Shown piece after piece: positions 1 through 8,399 of a stretch of 64,000 nucleotides of DNA. A model generated the notes under the pieces. The model saw nothing but the letters and a program-made list of their open reading frames with translations. It did not search any database and was not told where the DNA came from. The position numbers were made by a program, and so were the translations under genes. Source of the stretch: Patescibacteria group bacterium (lineage in GTDB: Bacteria > Patescibacteriota > Patescibacteriia > UBA2591 > UBA6264); contig JAIPGN010000004.1 in the NCBI GenBank assembly GCA_021735685.1, positions 959 through 64,958 on the forward strand. The letters run 5' to 3'. Each line of letters opens with the position of its first letter. Position 1 is the stretch's first letter.

Positions 1-2
1 AA

Positions 3-1079
3 ATTAACTTAAGCGAAGGACAAGTTTTGGGAACTTTAGAATTTCGCGACGGCTCTTTACTTAAAACTCCTAATCAAGAAGCTGTTTATTTGATTGAGGG
101 TGGAATGAAACATGTTTTCCCACACGTTGCTGTTTATTATTCTTGGGATTATCCGCAAGATTTTTCTACAGTAATGATAGTTTCTCCAGATGTTTTAGAT
201 CGCATTCCGGAAGGGGAGCCAATCCGTTTTAGGGACGGTTCTTTGTTTAGGGGGACAGAGCAAGGCATTTGGGCTAAAGACAAAACAACTGTTTTTTACG
301 TGGAGTGTGGAATGATTCGTCCCATTATTAAAGAAAGCGCTTATCAAAGATTTTTTAGTGATCCTAATTGGAATTTAGTGGTTTGGGTTCCAGATGATCT
401 TCTGGATAAATTTACTTATCCTTTAGGAGATATGATTTATGACGAGGAAGCTTATTTGGGAGGCTGTCGCCATACTTTTGCTGATGGCACTTTAATTAAA
501 AGTAAAGATTCTCAGGTCTACGAAATTGTTGATGGTCAAAGATATCACATTAAAGATTTAGATGAATTAAAACAAAATTATGCTGGTCAAGAGATTAAAA
601 GAGTTAGCGAGGCAGTGGTCAATCATTACCCTCTTTTGTCTAGTAGCCAACTAGCAGCACGAGAAGGGAATAGAGGAATGGTTTTAGGAAGCAAAGATTA
701 TCGAGACGGAGCCTTGATTAAAGGCGATGCTCAACCTACAATTTACATGATGGAAGGGGGAGAAAAACACGCCTTTCTTCACCAAACAGTCTATGAGGCC
801 AGAAATTTTCCGCAAGACTTTAATTCGGTCTTAACTCTTCCTCAAACTGAGGTTGATGATATCCCTGAAGGCTGGGCCGTGAATTTTCAAGAAGGAACTC
901 TTTTAAGGGAAGACCAAGGAGGAACCATTTTTAAGGTAGAGGGCGGGCTTTTGCGTCCTTTTCATTCAGCAGCGGTTTATCAGAGAATCAATAATGACCC
1001 TAATTGGGAATTAGTTAAACAAGTTCCAAATGGTTTATTGGATCAATTTCATTATTCTTTAGGGCCTGTTATTTATTAA
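3..1079 (+). CDS. Secreted repeat protein, 5'-truncated by the window edge. Five tandem ~65-aa repeats of the type (F/Y)RDGSL(I/L)K...VY.IE.G.K...F....W..V..V.
   Basis: The reading frame is open from position 3 with no upstream stop. The track ORF (27-1079) begins at an alternative TTG. Internal repeats are visible in the translation, and the same module occurs in CDS 25494-27446 and CDS 35803-37167. Confidence 0.55.
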   Translation: MNLSEGQVLGTLEFRDGSLLKTPNQEAVYLIEGGMKHVFPHVAVYYSWDYPQDFSTVMIVSPDVLDRIPEGEPIRFRDGSLFRGTEQGIWAKDKTTVFYVECGMIRPIIKESAYQRFFSDPNWNLVVWVPDDLLDKFTYPLGDMIYDEEAYLGGCRHTFADGTLIKSKDSQVYEIVDGQRYHIKDLDELKQNYAGQEIKRVSEAVVNHYPLLSSSQLAAREGNRGMVLGSKDYRDGALIKGDAQPTIYMMEGGEKHAFLHQTVYEARNFPQDFNSVLTLPQTEVDDIPEGWAVNFQEGTLLREDQGGTIFKVEGGLLRPFHSAAVYQRINNDPNWELVKQVPNGLLDQFHYSLGPVIY

Positions 1080-1136
1080 TTAATTTCTCTTTAATTTAAT
1101 TATATTTAATTAATAAATTATAATTAAATAATTATT

Positions 1137-1325
1137 ATGAAATTTTTTAGAACTTGGTCTTTTCGTTGGTGGGAGGTTGGTTTAATGAAATTATGTCTTA
1201 TTTCTTTAGGCATAATTTTGGGAGTATGTTGTCGCGATTATTTGATTAACCTCTTAGGCCTTTGGTGGTTTCTTTTTGCTGTCACTACTGTCTATTTTTT
1301 AATTAAGTGGATCAAGGAAAATTAG
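1137..1325 (+). CDS. Small hydrophobic membrane protein (hypothetical)
   Basis: 62-aa ORF with two hydrophobic segments; no recognisable family. Confidence 0.3.
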   Translation: MKFFRTWSFRWWEVGLMKLCLISLGIILGVCCRDYLINLLGLWWFLFAVTTVYFLIKWIKEN

Positions 1326-1539
1326 AAAGAAAAGGAGAATATTTTTTGATTAGTCTTTATAGCTGAGAAAAGATGAAGTTTTTAAAATTCAATCATTTGA
1401 TTGCCTTGGTTGGGATAGGCGGATATTTTGTTTTATTGTTTTTTCCTGAGCCTCAAACTAACTTTTTGGCATATTTGGCTACAGTTTTATTTTTTTTAGC
1501 TTTAATTATTTTTATAATAAAATTGAAAAATAAAAAATA

Positions 1540-1896
1540 ATGGAATTATTTGTTAGAAATGAGACTTTTTTGGATATAATGAGCTTATTGCACGTTGCTT
1601 CAGGCTTAGGCTTTGGTTTAATTTTGGTTTGTGTTCTTAAGAAGATGAGTTGGCAAAGGTATTTTTTAATCATGTTTGCTTTTTTGTTAATTTGGGAATT
1701 TTTTGAGGCTTTTCTGAGGTCAGTAGAAGAATATTATTATTATCTCAGAAATTTTTTGGATTTTTTGCCAGATGGCTGGTTTTCTTCAGAGACTTTAATT
1801 AATATTTTAGGCGATATGTTAACTGGATTACTGGGAGCCCTTTTGATTTATTTAATTTTTAGAAAATATTATTTTGTTTCTAAGAAGATAAAATAA
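1540..1896 (+). CDS. Membrane protein (hypothetical)
   Basis: 118 aa with several predicted TM helices. Confidence 0.4.
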   Translation: MELFVRNETFLDIMSLLHVASGLGFGLILVCVLKKMSWQRYFLIMFAFLLIWEFFEAFLRSVEEYYYYLRNFLDFLPDGWFSSETLINILGDMLTGLLGALLIYLIFRKYYFVSKKIK

Positions 1897-1913
1897 CTAA
1901 AATATTTTAAGTT

Positions 1914-2438
1914 ATGACCAGATTAATTAAATGGTTTTTTAGAGTTTTAGTTTTAGTCATCTTTGTATGTTTTTTTTATAATCAATTTTTAGCCCCTCAA
2001 AGAGAAAATTTTTTTCAAGAGACAGTTTGTCCTTGGGGCATTAAATTATGCTTAGACGGGTCTTTTGTTTCTAGGGTTCCGCCAGAGTGTAACTTTGCTT
2101 CTTGTCCTCAGGAGAATTTAGTTAAAATTAAAGGCCTAAAGGCTTATGATTTGATCACTAGCCCCTTGGTGATTAAAGGCGAAGCACGTGGTTATTGGTT
2201 TTTTGAAGCTGATTTCCCTGTAAAACTATTAGACCAAGGGGGGAAGGTAATGGCAGAGACCATTGCTCAAGCTCAAGGAAGTTGGATGACTGAAGGTTTT
2301 GTTCCTTTTGAGGCCAGATTAGAATTTGAAGTTCAAGAGGAAGAAGAAGGAGAGATAGTTTTTGAAAAAGATAATCCCTCTGGTTTACCTGAGCAGGAAA
2401 AGGAATTAAGAGTGCCAATTCGGTTTAAATTAAAATGA
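1914..2438 (+). CDS. Secreted/anchored protein with a Gmad2-like Ig-like domain (hypothetical)
   Basis: N-terminal TM/signal segment. The segment LVIKGEARGYWFFEADFPVKLLDQGGKVMAETIAQAQGSWMTEGFVPFEARLEF resembles the Gmad2 Ig-like fold (recalled from memory, not searched). Confidence 0.4.
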   Translation: MTRLIKWFFRVLVLVIFVCFFYNQFLAPQRENFFQETVCPWGIKLCLDGSFVSRVPPECNFASCPQENLVKIKGLKAYDLITSPLVIKGEARGYWFFEADFPVKLLDQGGKVMAETIAQAQGSWMTEGFVPFEARLEFEVQEEEEGEIVFEKDNPSGLPEQEKELRVPIRFKLK

Positions 2439-2515
2439 AATTGAAAAAATTTGCCTTTTGTTTTCTTTTTTGTTAACTTGTATTTAGATTTAATAAAATA
2501 AATTTTTTTATTTTT

Positions 2516-3280
2516 ATGAAAAAGATTGGTTTCATTATTATTTTAATAGCTATTATTATTGTTGGTTTTTTAATCTGGCGAACAGAAACTCAGAATGGCT
2601 CAGAAACAGAGTTAGGTCTTACTTTGGAAGAAAAACAAGAATTGGTAAAAACACATATTCAAGAGAATATTTCTAACCTTTCCCCGGAAAAAGAAGTTTT
2701 GGGCGGAACATTTTATATTACAGAATTTGAATTTATGGACTCGGAAACTTGTTTAATTAATTATGAGGATGGGCACATTGCTTTACAGGCAAAGGTAAAT
2801 TTTAATGTTTCTGCTCAAGGAGATGTTGAAATTGTTTCTTTTGATTTGGTTCCTTTAGAAGAAGAAACGAGGGTGAATTTTTCAAAAGAGGGGAACATTT
2901 TGGAAGTTGATCAAGGATGGGAATTAATTTATGAAGAGCCTGGAGCTCCAGCTTTGCGAGCGCTTTTAGTGTTTGATGATAACTCGATTTGCACTAAAGA
3001 AGGAGAGGAAGATCAAGCTTGTTTTCCAGTTTATTGGCAGAATGGTGATCGAGTCATGGTTGAAGGGGCCAAGACAGGGGAAAGAGTTCGAGTGGTTGAT
3101 TTTAGGCTCATTGATCCCTCTGCAGAGATTGATTTAGGGTCAGATTTGGATTTGAAAAATTCAGAAACAGAAATTTGTGTAGATGTGTGTGGTGATGGAG
3201 TTTGTCAAGAAATGGTTTGCTTGGGTTCAGGTTGTCCCTGCGCTGAAACAGTAGCTACTTGTCCGCAGGATTGTTCTTAA
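2516..3280 (+). CDS. Secreted protein with a Cys-rich C-terminus (hypothetical)
   Basis: N-terminal signal/TM (MKKIGFIIILIAIIIVGFLIW). The C-terminus CVDVCGDGVCQEMVCLGSGCPCAETVATCPQDCS is cysteine-rich. Confidence 0.5.
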   Translation: MKKIGFIIILIAIIIVGFLIWRTETQNGSETELGLTLEEKQELVKTHIQENISNLSPEKEVLGGTFYITEFEFMDSETCLINYEDGHIALQAKVNFNVSAQGDVEIVSFDLVPLEEETRVNFSKEGNILEVDQGWELIYEEPGAPALRALLVFDDNSICTKEGEEDQACFPVYWQNGDRVMVEGAKTGERVRVVDFRLIDPSAEIDLGSDLDLKNSETEICVDVCGDGVCQEMVCLGSGCPCAETVATCPQDCS

Positions 3281-3312
3281 AGATTAAAGAAAAATTATTT
3301 ATGATAAAAGAA

Positions 3313-3340
3313 GAGGAGCGATTGGATCGCTCCTCTTTTA
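3313..3340 (+). terminator. Rho-independent terminator after CDS 2516-3280
   Basis: Hairpin GAGGAGCGA-ttgga-TCGCTCCTC (9-bp stem) followed by a T-rich tract. Confidence 0.5.
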
Positions 3341-3350
3341 ATTTAATGAT

Positions 3351-3380
3351 TTGCCAAGGGGGTGATAATTTTGTTATAAT
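3351..3380 (+). promoter_or_regulatory. Sigma70-like promoter upstream of trxA
   Basis: TTGCCA, 18-bp spacer, TATAAT; sits ~30 nt before the trxA start. Confidence 0.4.
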
Positions 3381-3411
3381 AAGATTCTAATAAAAATATT
3401 TAATTTTTTTT

Positions 3412-3741
3412 ATGTCTCAAATAATTGAAGTTACAAAAAATAATTTTAAGGAAGAGGTTTTGGAATCGGATTTGCCGGTTTTAGTTGATTTTTGGGCTCC
3501 TTGGTGTGGCCCTTGTCAAATGTTGGCACCGATTTTGGAAGAAGTATCTCAAGAATTATCAGGTCAAATAAAAATATGCAAGGTTAATATTGAAGAAGAG
3601 CAAAATCAAGAATTGGCTGCCAGTTATCATATTCAAAGCATTCCCAACATGAAACTTTTTAAAAAGGAAGAAGTGGTTAAAGATTTTGTTGGCTTGCGTT
3701 CTCAGGATGCGTTGTTAGATGAATTAAAAAATGAGATTTAA
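3412..3741 (+). CDS. trxA: Thioredoxin
   Basis: WCGPC active-site motif; 109 aa; thioredoxin fold pattern. Confidence 0.9.
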   Translation: MSQIIEVTKNNFKEEVLESDLPVLVDFWAPWCGPCQMLAPILEEVSQELSGQIKICKVNIEEEQNQELAASYHIQSIPNMKLFKKEEVVKDFVGLRSQDALLDELKNEI

Positions 3742-3755
3742 TTCTTAGTTTTAAG

Positions 3756-4691
3756 ATGACAGAATTAAGGAAAAAATATCCTCTGATTATTGTAGGAGCT
3801 GGGCCAGCTGGCTTAACTTCTTCTATTTATGCTTCTCGTTTTCGAGTGAATAATTTAGTTATTGGTCAACTTTGGGGGGGATTAGTCTCTGAATCTCATC
3901 AGGTTTGTAATTTCCCTACTGAAAAGAAAATTAAGGGTTTGGAGTTAGCTCAGAAAATTAAAGATCACGCTCAAAGCCTTGACGCCTCTTTTTTAAGTGA
4001 TGAGGTAATAGCTATAGAGAAAAATTCTCTTCAGGGTTTTAGAATAACCACTAAGTCTAAAAAAGTTTTCCAAGCAGAAACTGTTTTATTAGCCCAAGGC
4101 ACCAAGCGTCGTAAACTTAACGTTCGGGATGAAGATAAATTTTTAGGGAAAGGAGTGTCTTATTGCGCTACTTGTGATGCCATGTTTTACCAGGATAGAA
4201 TTGTAGCTGTGGTGGGAGGGAGTGACAGTGCTCAAACCTCCTCTCTTTATTTGGCTCAAGTAGCAAAAAAGGTCTATCAGATTTATCGAAGAGATAAATT
4301 AAGGGGAGAGGCTATTTGGATAGAACAGGTAGAAAAAAATTCTAAAATTGAAATTATTTTTAATAGTCAAATTAAAGAATTAAAAGGTAAGGGAAATTTA
4401 GAAGCAGTAGTTATAGAAAATAACCAGCAGGAAGAAAGGCGGTTAGCGGTTGACGGTTTATTTATTGAAATTGGAACAATTCCTCATCAGCATTTAACTA
4501 AATGTTTAGGCTTAGCTGTTAATTCAGAAGGGTATATTAAGGTGAGTGCTGATCAAAAAACAAGCCAAGAAGGGATTTGGGCGGCTGGAGATATTACAGA
4601 TGGCTCTAATAATTTTCGTCAAATTATTACAGCTTGTGCAGAAGGAGCTATTGCTGCTGAAAATATTTTTAAATTTTTGCAAAAAAAATAG
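3756..4691 (+). CDS. trxB: Thioredoxin-disulfide reductase
   Basis: FAD-binding GAGPAGLTSSIYASR and the CATC redox-active motif (SYCATCDA); 311 aa. Confidence 0.9.
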   Translation: MTELRKKYPLIIVGAGPAGLTSSIYASRFRVNNLVIGQLWGGLVSESHQVCNFPTEKKIKGLELAQKIKDHAQSLDASFLSDEVIAIEKNSLQGFRITTKSKKVFQAETVLLAQGTKRRKLNVRDEDKFLGKGVSYCATCDAMFYQDRIVAVVGGSDSAQTSSLYLAQVAKKVYQIYRRDKLRGEAIWIEQVEKNSKIEIIFNSQIKELKGKGNLEAVVIENNQQEERRLAVDGLFIEIGTIPHQHLTKCLGLAVNSEGYIKVSADQKTSQEGIWAAGDITDGSNNFRQIITACAEGAIAAENIFKFLQKK

Positions 4692-4736
4692 TTAGAAAAG
4701 GTCGTTTCTAATTAAATTCTTAGATTATTATTTTAT

Positions 4737-5315
4737 ATGAAAAAAACAATCAAAAATTTAGCTTTTGCTTTTATTGGCGAAAGTCAAGCTCGTAATCGTT
4801 ATACTCGTTATGCTAAAGTTGCCAAAAAGGAAGGTTATGAAGCCATAGCTGCTAATTTTGATTTGACCGCAAATCAAGAAGCAGAACATGCTAAATGGTT
4901 AATGCGAATGATTAATCAATTAAAGGGCGAAGAAAATGCTGAAAATGACGAAATTATTGTTGAATCAGCAAGGGTGCCAACTGTATTGGGCAATACTAAA
5001 GAAAATTTACAATCAGCCATTGAGGGCGAGAATCATGAACACAGTGAGATGTATCCAGATTTTGCCAAGGTGGCCGAAGAAGAGGGTTATCGGGAAATAG
5101 CCCAAAGATTAAGGTCTATTGCTCGGGCTGAAAAAAATCACGAAGATCGGTATCAACAATTTTTGAAAGATTTAAAGGAAGAAAAAGTTTTTGCTCAAGA
5201 AGAGGAAGTAGTTTGGCAGTGTCGTAAATGTGGTTATATACATAAGGGGAAGATGGCAATCAAGGAATGCCCTTCTTGTGGGCACCCTCAAGCTTATTTT
5301 GAGGTTAAGAAATAA
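4737..5315 (+). CDS. rbr: Rubrerythrin
   Basis: Ferritin-like diiron region (E..H motifs) plus a C-terminal rubredoxin-like CxxC...CxxC (CRKCGY...CPSCG). Confidence 0.9.
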   Translation: MKKTIKNLAFAFIGESQARNRYTRYAKVAKKEGYEAIAANFDLTANQEAEHAKWLMRMINQLKGEENAENDEIIVESARVPTVLGNTKENLQSAIEGENHEHSEMYPDFAKVAEEEGYREIAQRLRSIARAEKNHEDRYQQFLKDLKEEKVFAQEEEVVWQCRKCGYIHKGKMAIKECPSCGHPQAYFEVKK

Positions 5316-5327
5316 TTTATTTTTTAT

Positions 5328-5741
5328 ATGTCATCAGATTGTATTTTCTGTCAAATTATTCGAAAAAAGATAAATTCTTGGACAATTTATGAGGACGAGA
5401 AAACACAGGCCTTTTTTGATGTTAATCCAGCTAGCCAAGGTCACGTTTTAGTGATTCCCAAGAAACACTTTAAGAATATTTATGATATCCCCCAAGACGA
5501 ATTAGCTCATTTGATAAAAGTTGTTCAAAAGATTGCTTTGAGCTATCGCCAATCTTTGGGAGTGAATAATGTTCAGATTTTACATTCGGCCGGTAAGTAT
5601 GCTCAGCAAGAGGTTCCTCATTTTCATTTTCATTTAATTCCGCGAAAGGAAAAAGATGGCTTGAATTTATCGTATCCGGCTCATTCTGAATTACAAGAAA
5701 AATTTGATCAACTTCTAGAAAAGGTAAAACAAGAATTGTAG
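5328..5741 (+). CDS. HIT-family (histidine triad) hydrolase
   Basis: Histidine triad HFHFHLIP; 137 aa. Confidence 0.85.
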   Translation: MSSDCIFCQIIRKKINSWTIYEDEKTQAFFDVNPASQGHVLVIPKKHFKNIYDIPQDELAHLIKVVQKIALSYRQSLGVNNVQILHSAGKYAQQEVPHFHFHLIPRKEKDGLNLSYPAHSELQEKFDQLLEKVKQEL

Positions 5742-5750
5742 ATAAAGAAA

Positions 5751-6383
5751 ATGTCAAAAGCGAGTCAAAAAATAACAAAAATAATCGAAAATATTTTAAG
5801 AGTTAGTTTGGTTTTTGCGATTATTTTAGCTATTTTAGAAGGGAGTTGGGAAATTGTTTTCATCTCTCTTTTAACTTTTGTTTTATCTTATTTTCCTTTT
5901 TGGCTTAAGAATAAATATCAGTTAGAGATTCCTTTAGATTTTGAATTATTAATTGTCTTATTTGTCTACGCCAGTTTATTTTTGGGAGAGATTAAACAAT
6001 TTTATGATTTGTTTTGGTGGTGGGACATTATGCTTCATACTGTTTCTGGCTTTGCTTTTGGTTGTTTGGGCTTTATTGTTTTATTTTTTCTTAATAAAAC
6101 TAATAAAATTAAAGCCAATCCTTTTTGGATTTGTCTTTTTGCTTTATCTTTTGCTTCCTTAATTGCCGTAACTTGGGAAATATTTGAATTTTTTATGGAT
6201 CAAGTTTTGGCTACTAATATGCAAAAAAGTTTATTTAATACTATGGTTGATTTAATGGTTGGTGTTGTGGGAGCAACAGTTGCAGTTTGGTCCGGGTTTA
6301 ATTTTATACAGGGCAAACAAAAATCATATTTAAGTAAATTAATTACTTTTTTGGTTGAAAAAAATTCTCACCTTAGTGATTAG
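5751..6383 (+). CDS. Polytopic membrane protein (hypothetical)
   Basis: 210 aa with 5-6 hydrophobic helices. Confidence 0.5.
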   Translation: MSKASQKITKIIENILRVSLVFAIILAILEGSWEIVFISLLTFVLSYFPFWLKNKYQLEIPLDFELLIVLFVYASLFLGEIKQFYDLFWWWDIMLHTVSGFAFGCLGFIVLFFLNKTNKIKANPFWICLFALSFASLIAVTWEIFEFFMDQVLATNMQKSLFNTMVDLMVGVVGATVAVWSGFNFIQGKQKSYLSKLITFLVEKNSHLSD

Positions 6384-6474
6384 ATTAATGTAGATTGATA
6401 ATAAATATTAACAAAAAAGAGTACAATAAATATGGCTAAATCATAGTCAACGCTAAACCCCTTCTCTAAAAAAT

Positions 6475-6499
6475 ATGTACGAGGTTCGACCTCGTACAT
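6475..6499. repeat. 25-bp perfect palindrome ATGTACGAGGT-TCG-ACCTCGTACAT (copy 1 of 3)
   Basis: Read directly from the sequence: 11-bp stem, 3-nt loop, intergenic. Confidence 0.9.
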
Positions 6500-6526
6500 T
6501 TACCCCTAAAACATCTTAACCAAGCG

Positions 6527-6551
6527 ATGTACGAGGTTCGACCTCGTACAT
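6527..6551. repeat. 25-bp perfect palindrome ATGTACGAGGTTCGACCTCGTACAT (copy 2 of 3)
   Basis: Identical to the copy at 6475 and lies 27 bp downstream of it. The flanks TTACCCCTAA and TTAGGGGATA are also inverted relative to each other. Confidence 0.9.
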
Positions 6552-6573
6552 TAGGGGATAGATAAAACAAAAA

Positions 6574-6596
6574 AACCGCCCTAAAGACGGTCTTTT
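6574..6596 (-). terminator. Rho-independent terminator for csp (usable in both directions)
   Basis: ACCGCC-ctaaa-GACGGT hairpin with an A-run on one side and a T-run on the other. Confidence 0.5.
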
Positions 6597-6618
6597 TGTT
6601 TTTATAGAAAAAGTGTTG

Positions 6619-6816
6619 CTAAGCTTTTTTAACTTGTGTAGCCGCAGGTCCTTTTGGGGTTTCATTAACCTCAAAAGTAACAGCGTCACCTTCTCTTAAG
6701 TCACTGAAATCGCAATCAACCAATTCGCTGGCGTGAAAGAATAAATCTTTCTCGCTACCTTCTTGGGTGATAAAACCGAAGTTTTTATCAGTCAACTTTT
6801 TGACGGTTCCTTCCAT
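6619..6816 (-). CDS. cspA: Cold-shock protein (CspA family)
   Basis: 65 aa; GTVKKLTDKNFGFITQEGSEKDLFFH is the cold-shock-domain RNP motif region. Confidence 0.9.
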   Translation of the reverse strand: MEGTVKKLTDKNFGFITQEGSEKDLFFHASELVDCDFSDLREGDAVTFEVNETPKGPAATQVKKA

Positions 6817-7018
6817 AGTTTGAAATTATAATAAATTAACTTGTAGTAATAGATAGAAATTCGACTCTATTCCTACACTTACTAGCTAGTATTAGATTTT
6901 AAAAAAAAGATCTAATATGTTTTATATTATAAACTATTTTTCTTTTTTGTCAAATTGAAAAGAGTGGACAGAAGTGTATTTTTTTGCTATGCTTGAAAAA
7001 TAATAACTTCTAACGACT

Positions 7019-8386
7019 TTGGTTTTTATGAAAAGTGAAAAAATTGGTGCCCAAGTTGCCGATATTTTAATACCTCGCTCGGATTTAAATTTTTATAAAT
7101 GGGCGGTAGTGGCCTGTGATCAATATACTTCTCAGCCTGAGTATTGGAAAGAGGTGGATGGTTTAGTAGGAGAGGATTATTCAACCTTGCGCTTGGTTCT
7201 GCCAGAAGTTTATTTACAGGAGAAGAAAGAGAAAAAAGAAAAAAGAATTGAAAGCATTAATCAAGCCATGGAAGCATATTTAAAAAAGGGCGTTCTGGTT
7301 GAAAAAAAGTCAGCCATGATTTATTTGGATCGTCAAACTTCGCAAAATGACTCTCGTCAAGGACTGGTTTTGGCTGTAGATTTGGAAAAATATGATTATA
7401 CTCGCGGTTCTCAAACTTTAATTAGGGCTACAGAGGGAACAATTCTAGATCGCATTCCTCCTCGTTTACAGGTTCGGGAAAAAGCTTCAATTGAATTACC
7501 ACATATTATGTTATTAATTGATGATCCTGAAGAAACGGTGATTGAGTCCTTATCTCAAAAAATCGATGAATTGGAAAAAATATATGACACAGACTTAATG
7601 ATGAAGGGAGGTCATTTAACTGGTTATTTGATTCAAAGAGAGGGGGTTATCGATCAAATTATAAAGGGTTTTGAGAAATTGATTGATCCTGATGTTTTTT
7701 TAAAAAAATATGAGGTTGATCCTCGAAAGTACAAACCTTTGCTTTTTGCTACTGGTGATGGCAATCATTCTTTGGCTACGGCTAAAGCTCATTGGGATAA
7801 TGTTAAGAAAAATCTAAACAAGAAAGAGAAAGAAAGTCACCCAGCTCGTTTAGCTCTAGTGGAAGTTGTCAATGTTCATGATCAAGGATTAGAGTTTGAG
7901 CCCATTCATCGAGTTCTTTTTCATGTTCAGCCCAATGAGATGATTAAAGATATGCAACTTTATTTCACAAAGCAAGGATTAGAAAACAAGATTATACTCA
8001 CTGACTCCTTAGTAGAAACAAAAGAGAGGTTAAGAGAATTAAACCAAGAGAATCGTCATTTGTTGGCTTTTCAATTTCAGGATCAGCATGGAATTCTAGT
8101 AATTAATGAACCTGTCTTTAATTTGTCGGTAGCTACTTTACAAGATTATTTAGATAGATTTTTAAAACAAAATTCAGAAAGCGAAATAGATTATGTTCAT
8201 GGCGAAGAAATTGTCAATAATTTAAGTTCAAAAAAGGGAAATATTGGTTTTTATCTACCAGCTATGGACAAAAATGATTTGTTTAAAACTGTTATTTTAG
8301 ATGGTTCCTTGCCTCGTAAAACTTTTTCTATGGGTGAGGCTGAAGAAAAAAGATTTTATTTTGAGGCTCGTAAAATTATTAAATAA
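7019..8386 (+). CDS. Conserved hypothetical protein, DUF1015-like
   Basis: An N-terminal KWAVVACDQYTS motif and a later GDGNHSLATAKA motif resemble the DUF1015 signatures (PPYDVIS... and ADGHHR), recalled from memory. Confidence 0.45.
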   Translation: MVFMKSEKIGAQVADILIPRSDLNFYKWAVVACDQYTSQPEYWKEVDGLVGEDYSTLRLVLPEVYLQEKKEKKEKRIESINQAMEAYLKKGVLVEKKSAMIYLDRQTSQNDSRQGLVLAVDLEKYDYTRGSQTLIRATEGTILDRIPPRLQVREKASIELPHIMLLIDDPEETVIESLSQKIDELEKIYDTDLMMKGGHLTGYLIQREGVIDQIIKGFEKLIDPDVFLKKYEVDPRKYKPLLFATGDGNHSLATAKAHWDNVKKNLNKKEKESHPARLALVEVVNVHDQGLEFEPIHRVLFHVQPNEMIKDMQLYFTKQGLENKIILTDSLVETKERLRELNQENRHLLAFQFQDQHGILVINEPVFNLSVATLQDYLDRFLKQNSESEIDYVHGEEIVNNLSSKKGNIGFYLPAMDKNDLFKTVILDGSLPRKTFSMGEAEEKRFYFEARKIIK

Positions 8387-8399
8387 TCCAAAAAATAAA

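Noticed and set aside
2173-6162. Minor overlapping ORFs 2173-2418(-), 5470-5778(-), 5953-6162(+), 12717-12923(-), 25065-25307(-), 26339-26545(-), 32421-32651(+), 39773-40012(+), 40724-41138(-), 45645-45887(+), 53863-54051(-), 54949-55347(+), 55683-55880(+), 58533-58724(+), 60725-60979(+)
   Set aside because: Each is nested in or antisense to a longer ORF with recognisable family signatures. None has an RBS or start context of its own.
6481-6493. tRNA T-loop-like GGTTCGA strings (also at 52448)
   Set aside because: They lie inside the palindromic repeats or lack the TCC continuation. No acceptor, D or anticodon stems can be built, so no tRNA is called.
6475-6551. Possible minimal CRISPR array (two identical 25-bp palindromic repeats separated by 27 bp)
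   Set aside because: There are only two repeats, the spacer is shorter than typical, no cas genes are nearby, and a third identical copy occurs alone 57 kb away. A REP-like dispersed palindrome fits better.
8301-8399. Upstream extension of the histidine-kinase ORF (track start 8301)
   Set aside because: It would overlap the preceding gene by 86 nt in another frame. The ATG at 8400 gives a clean start right after the upstream stop.
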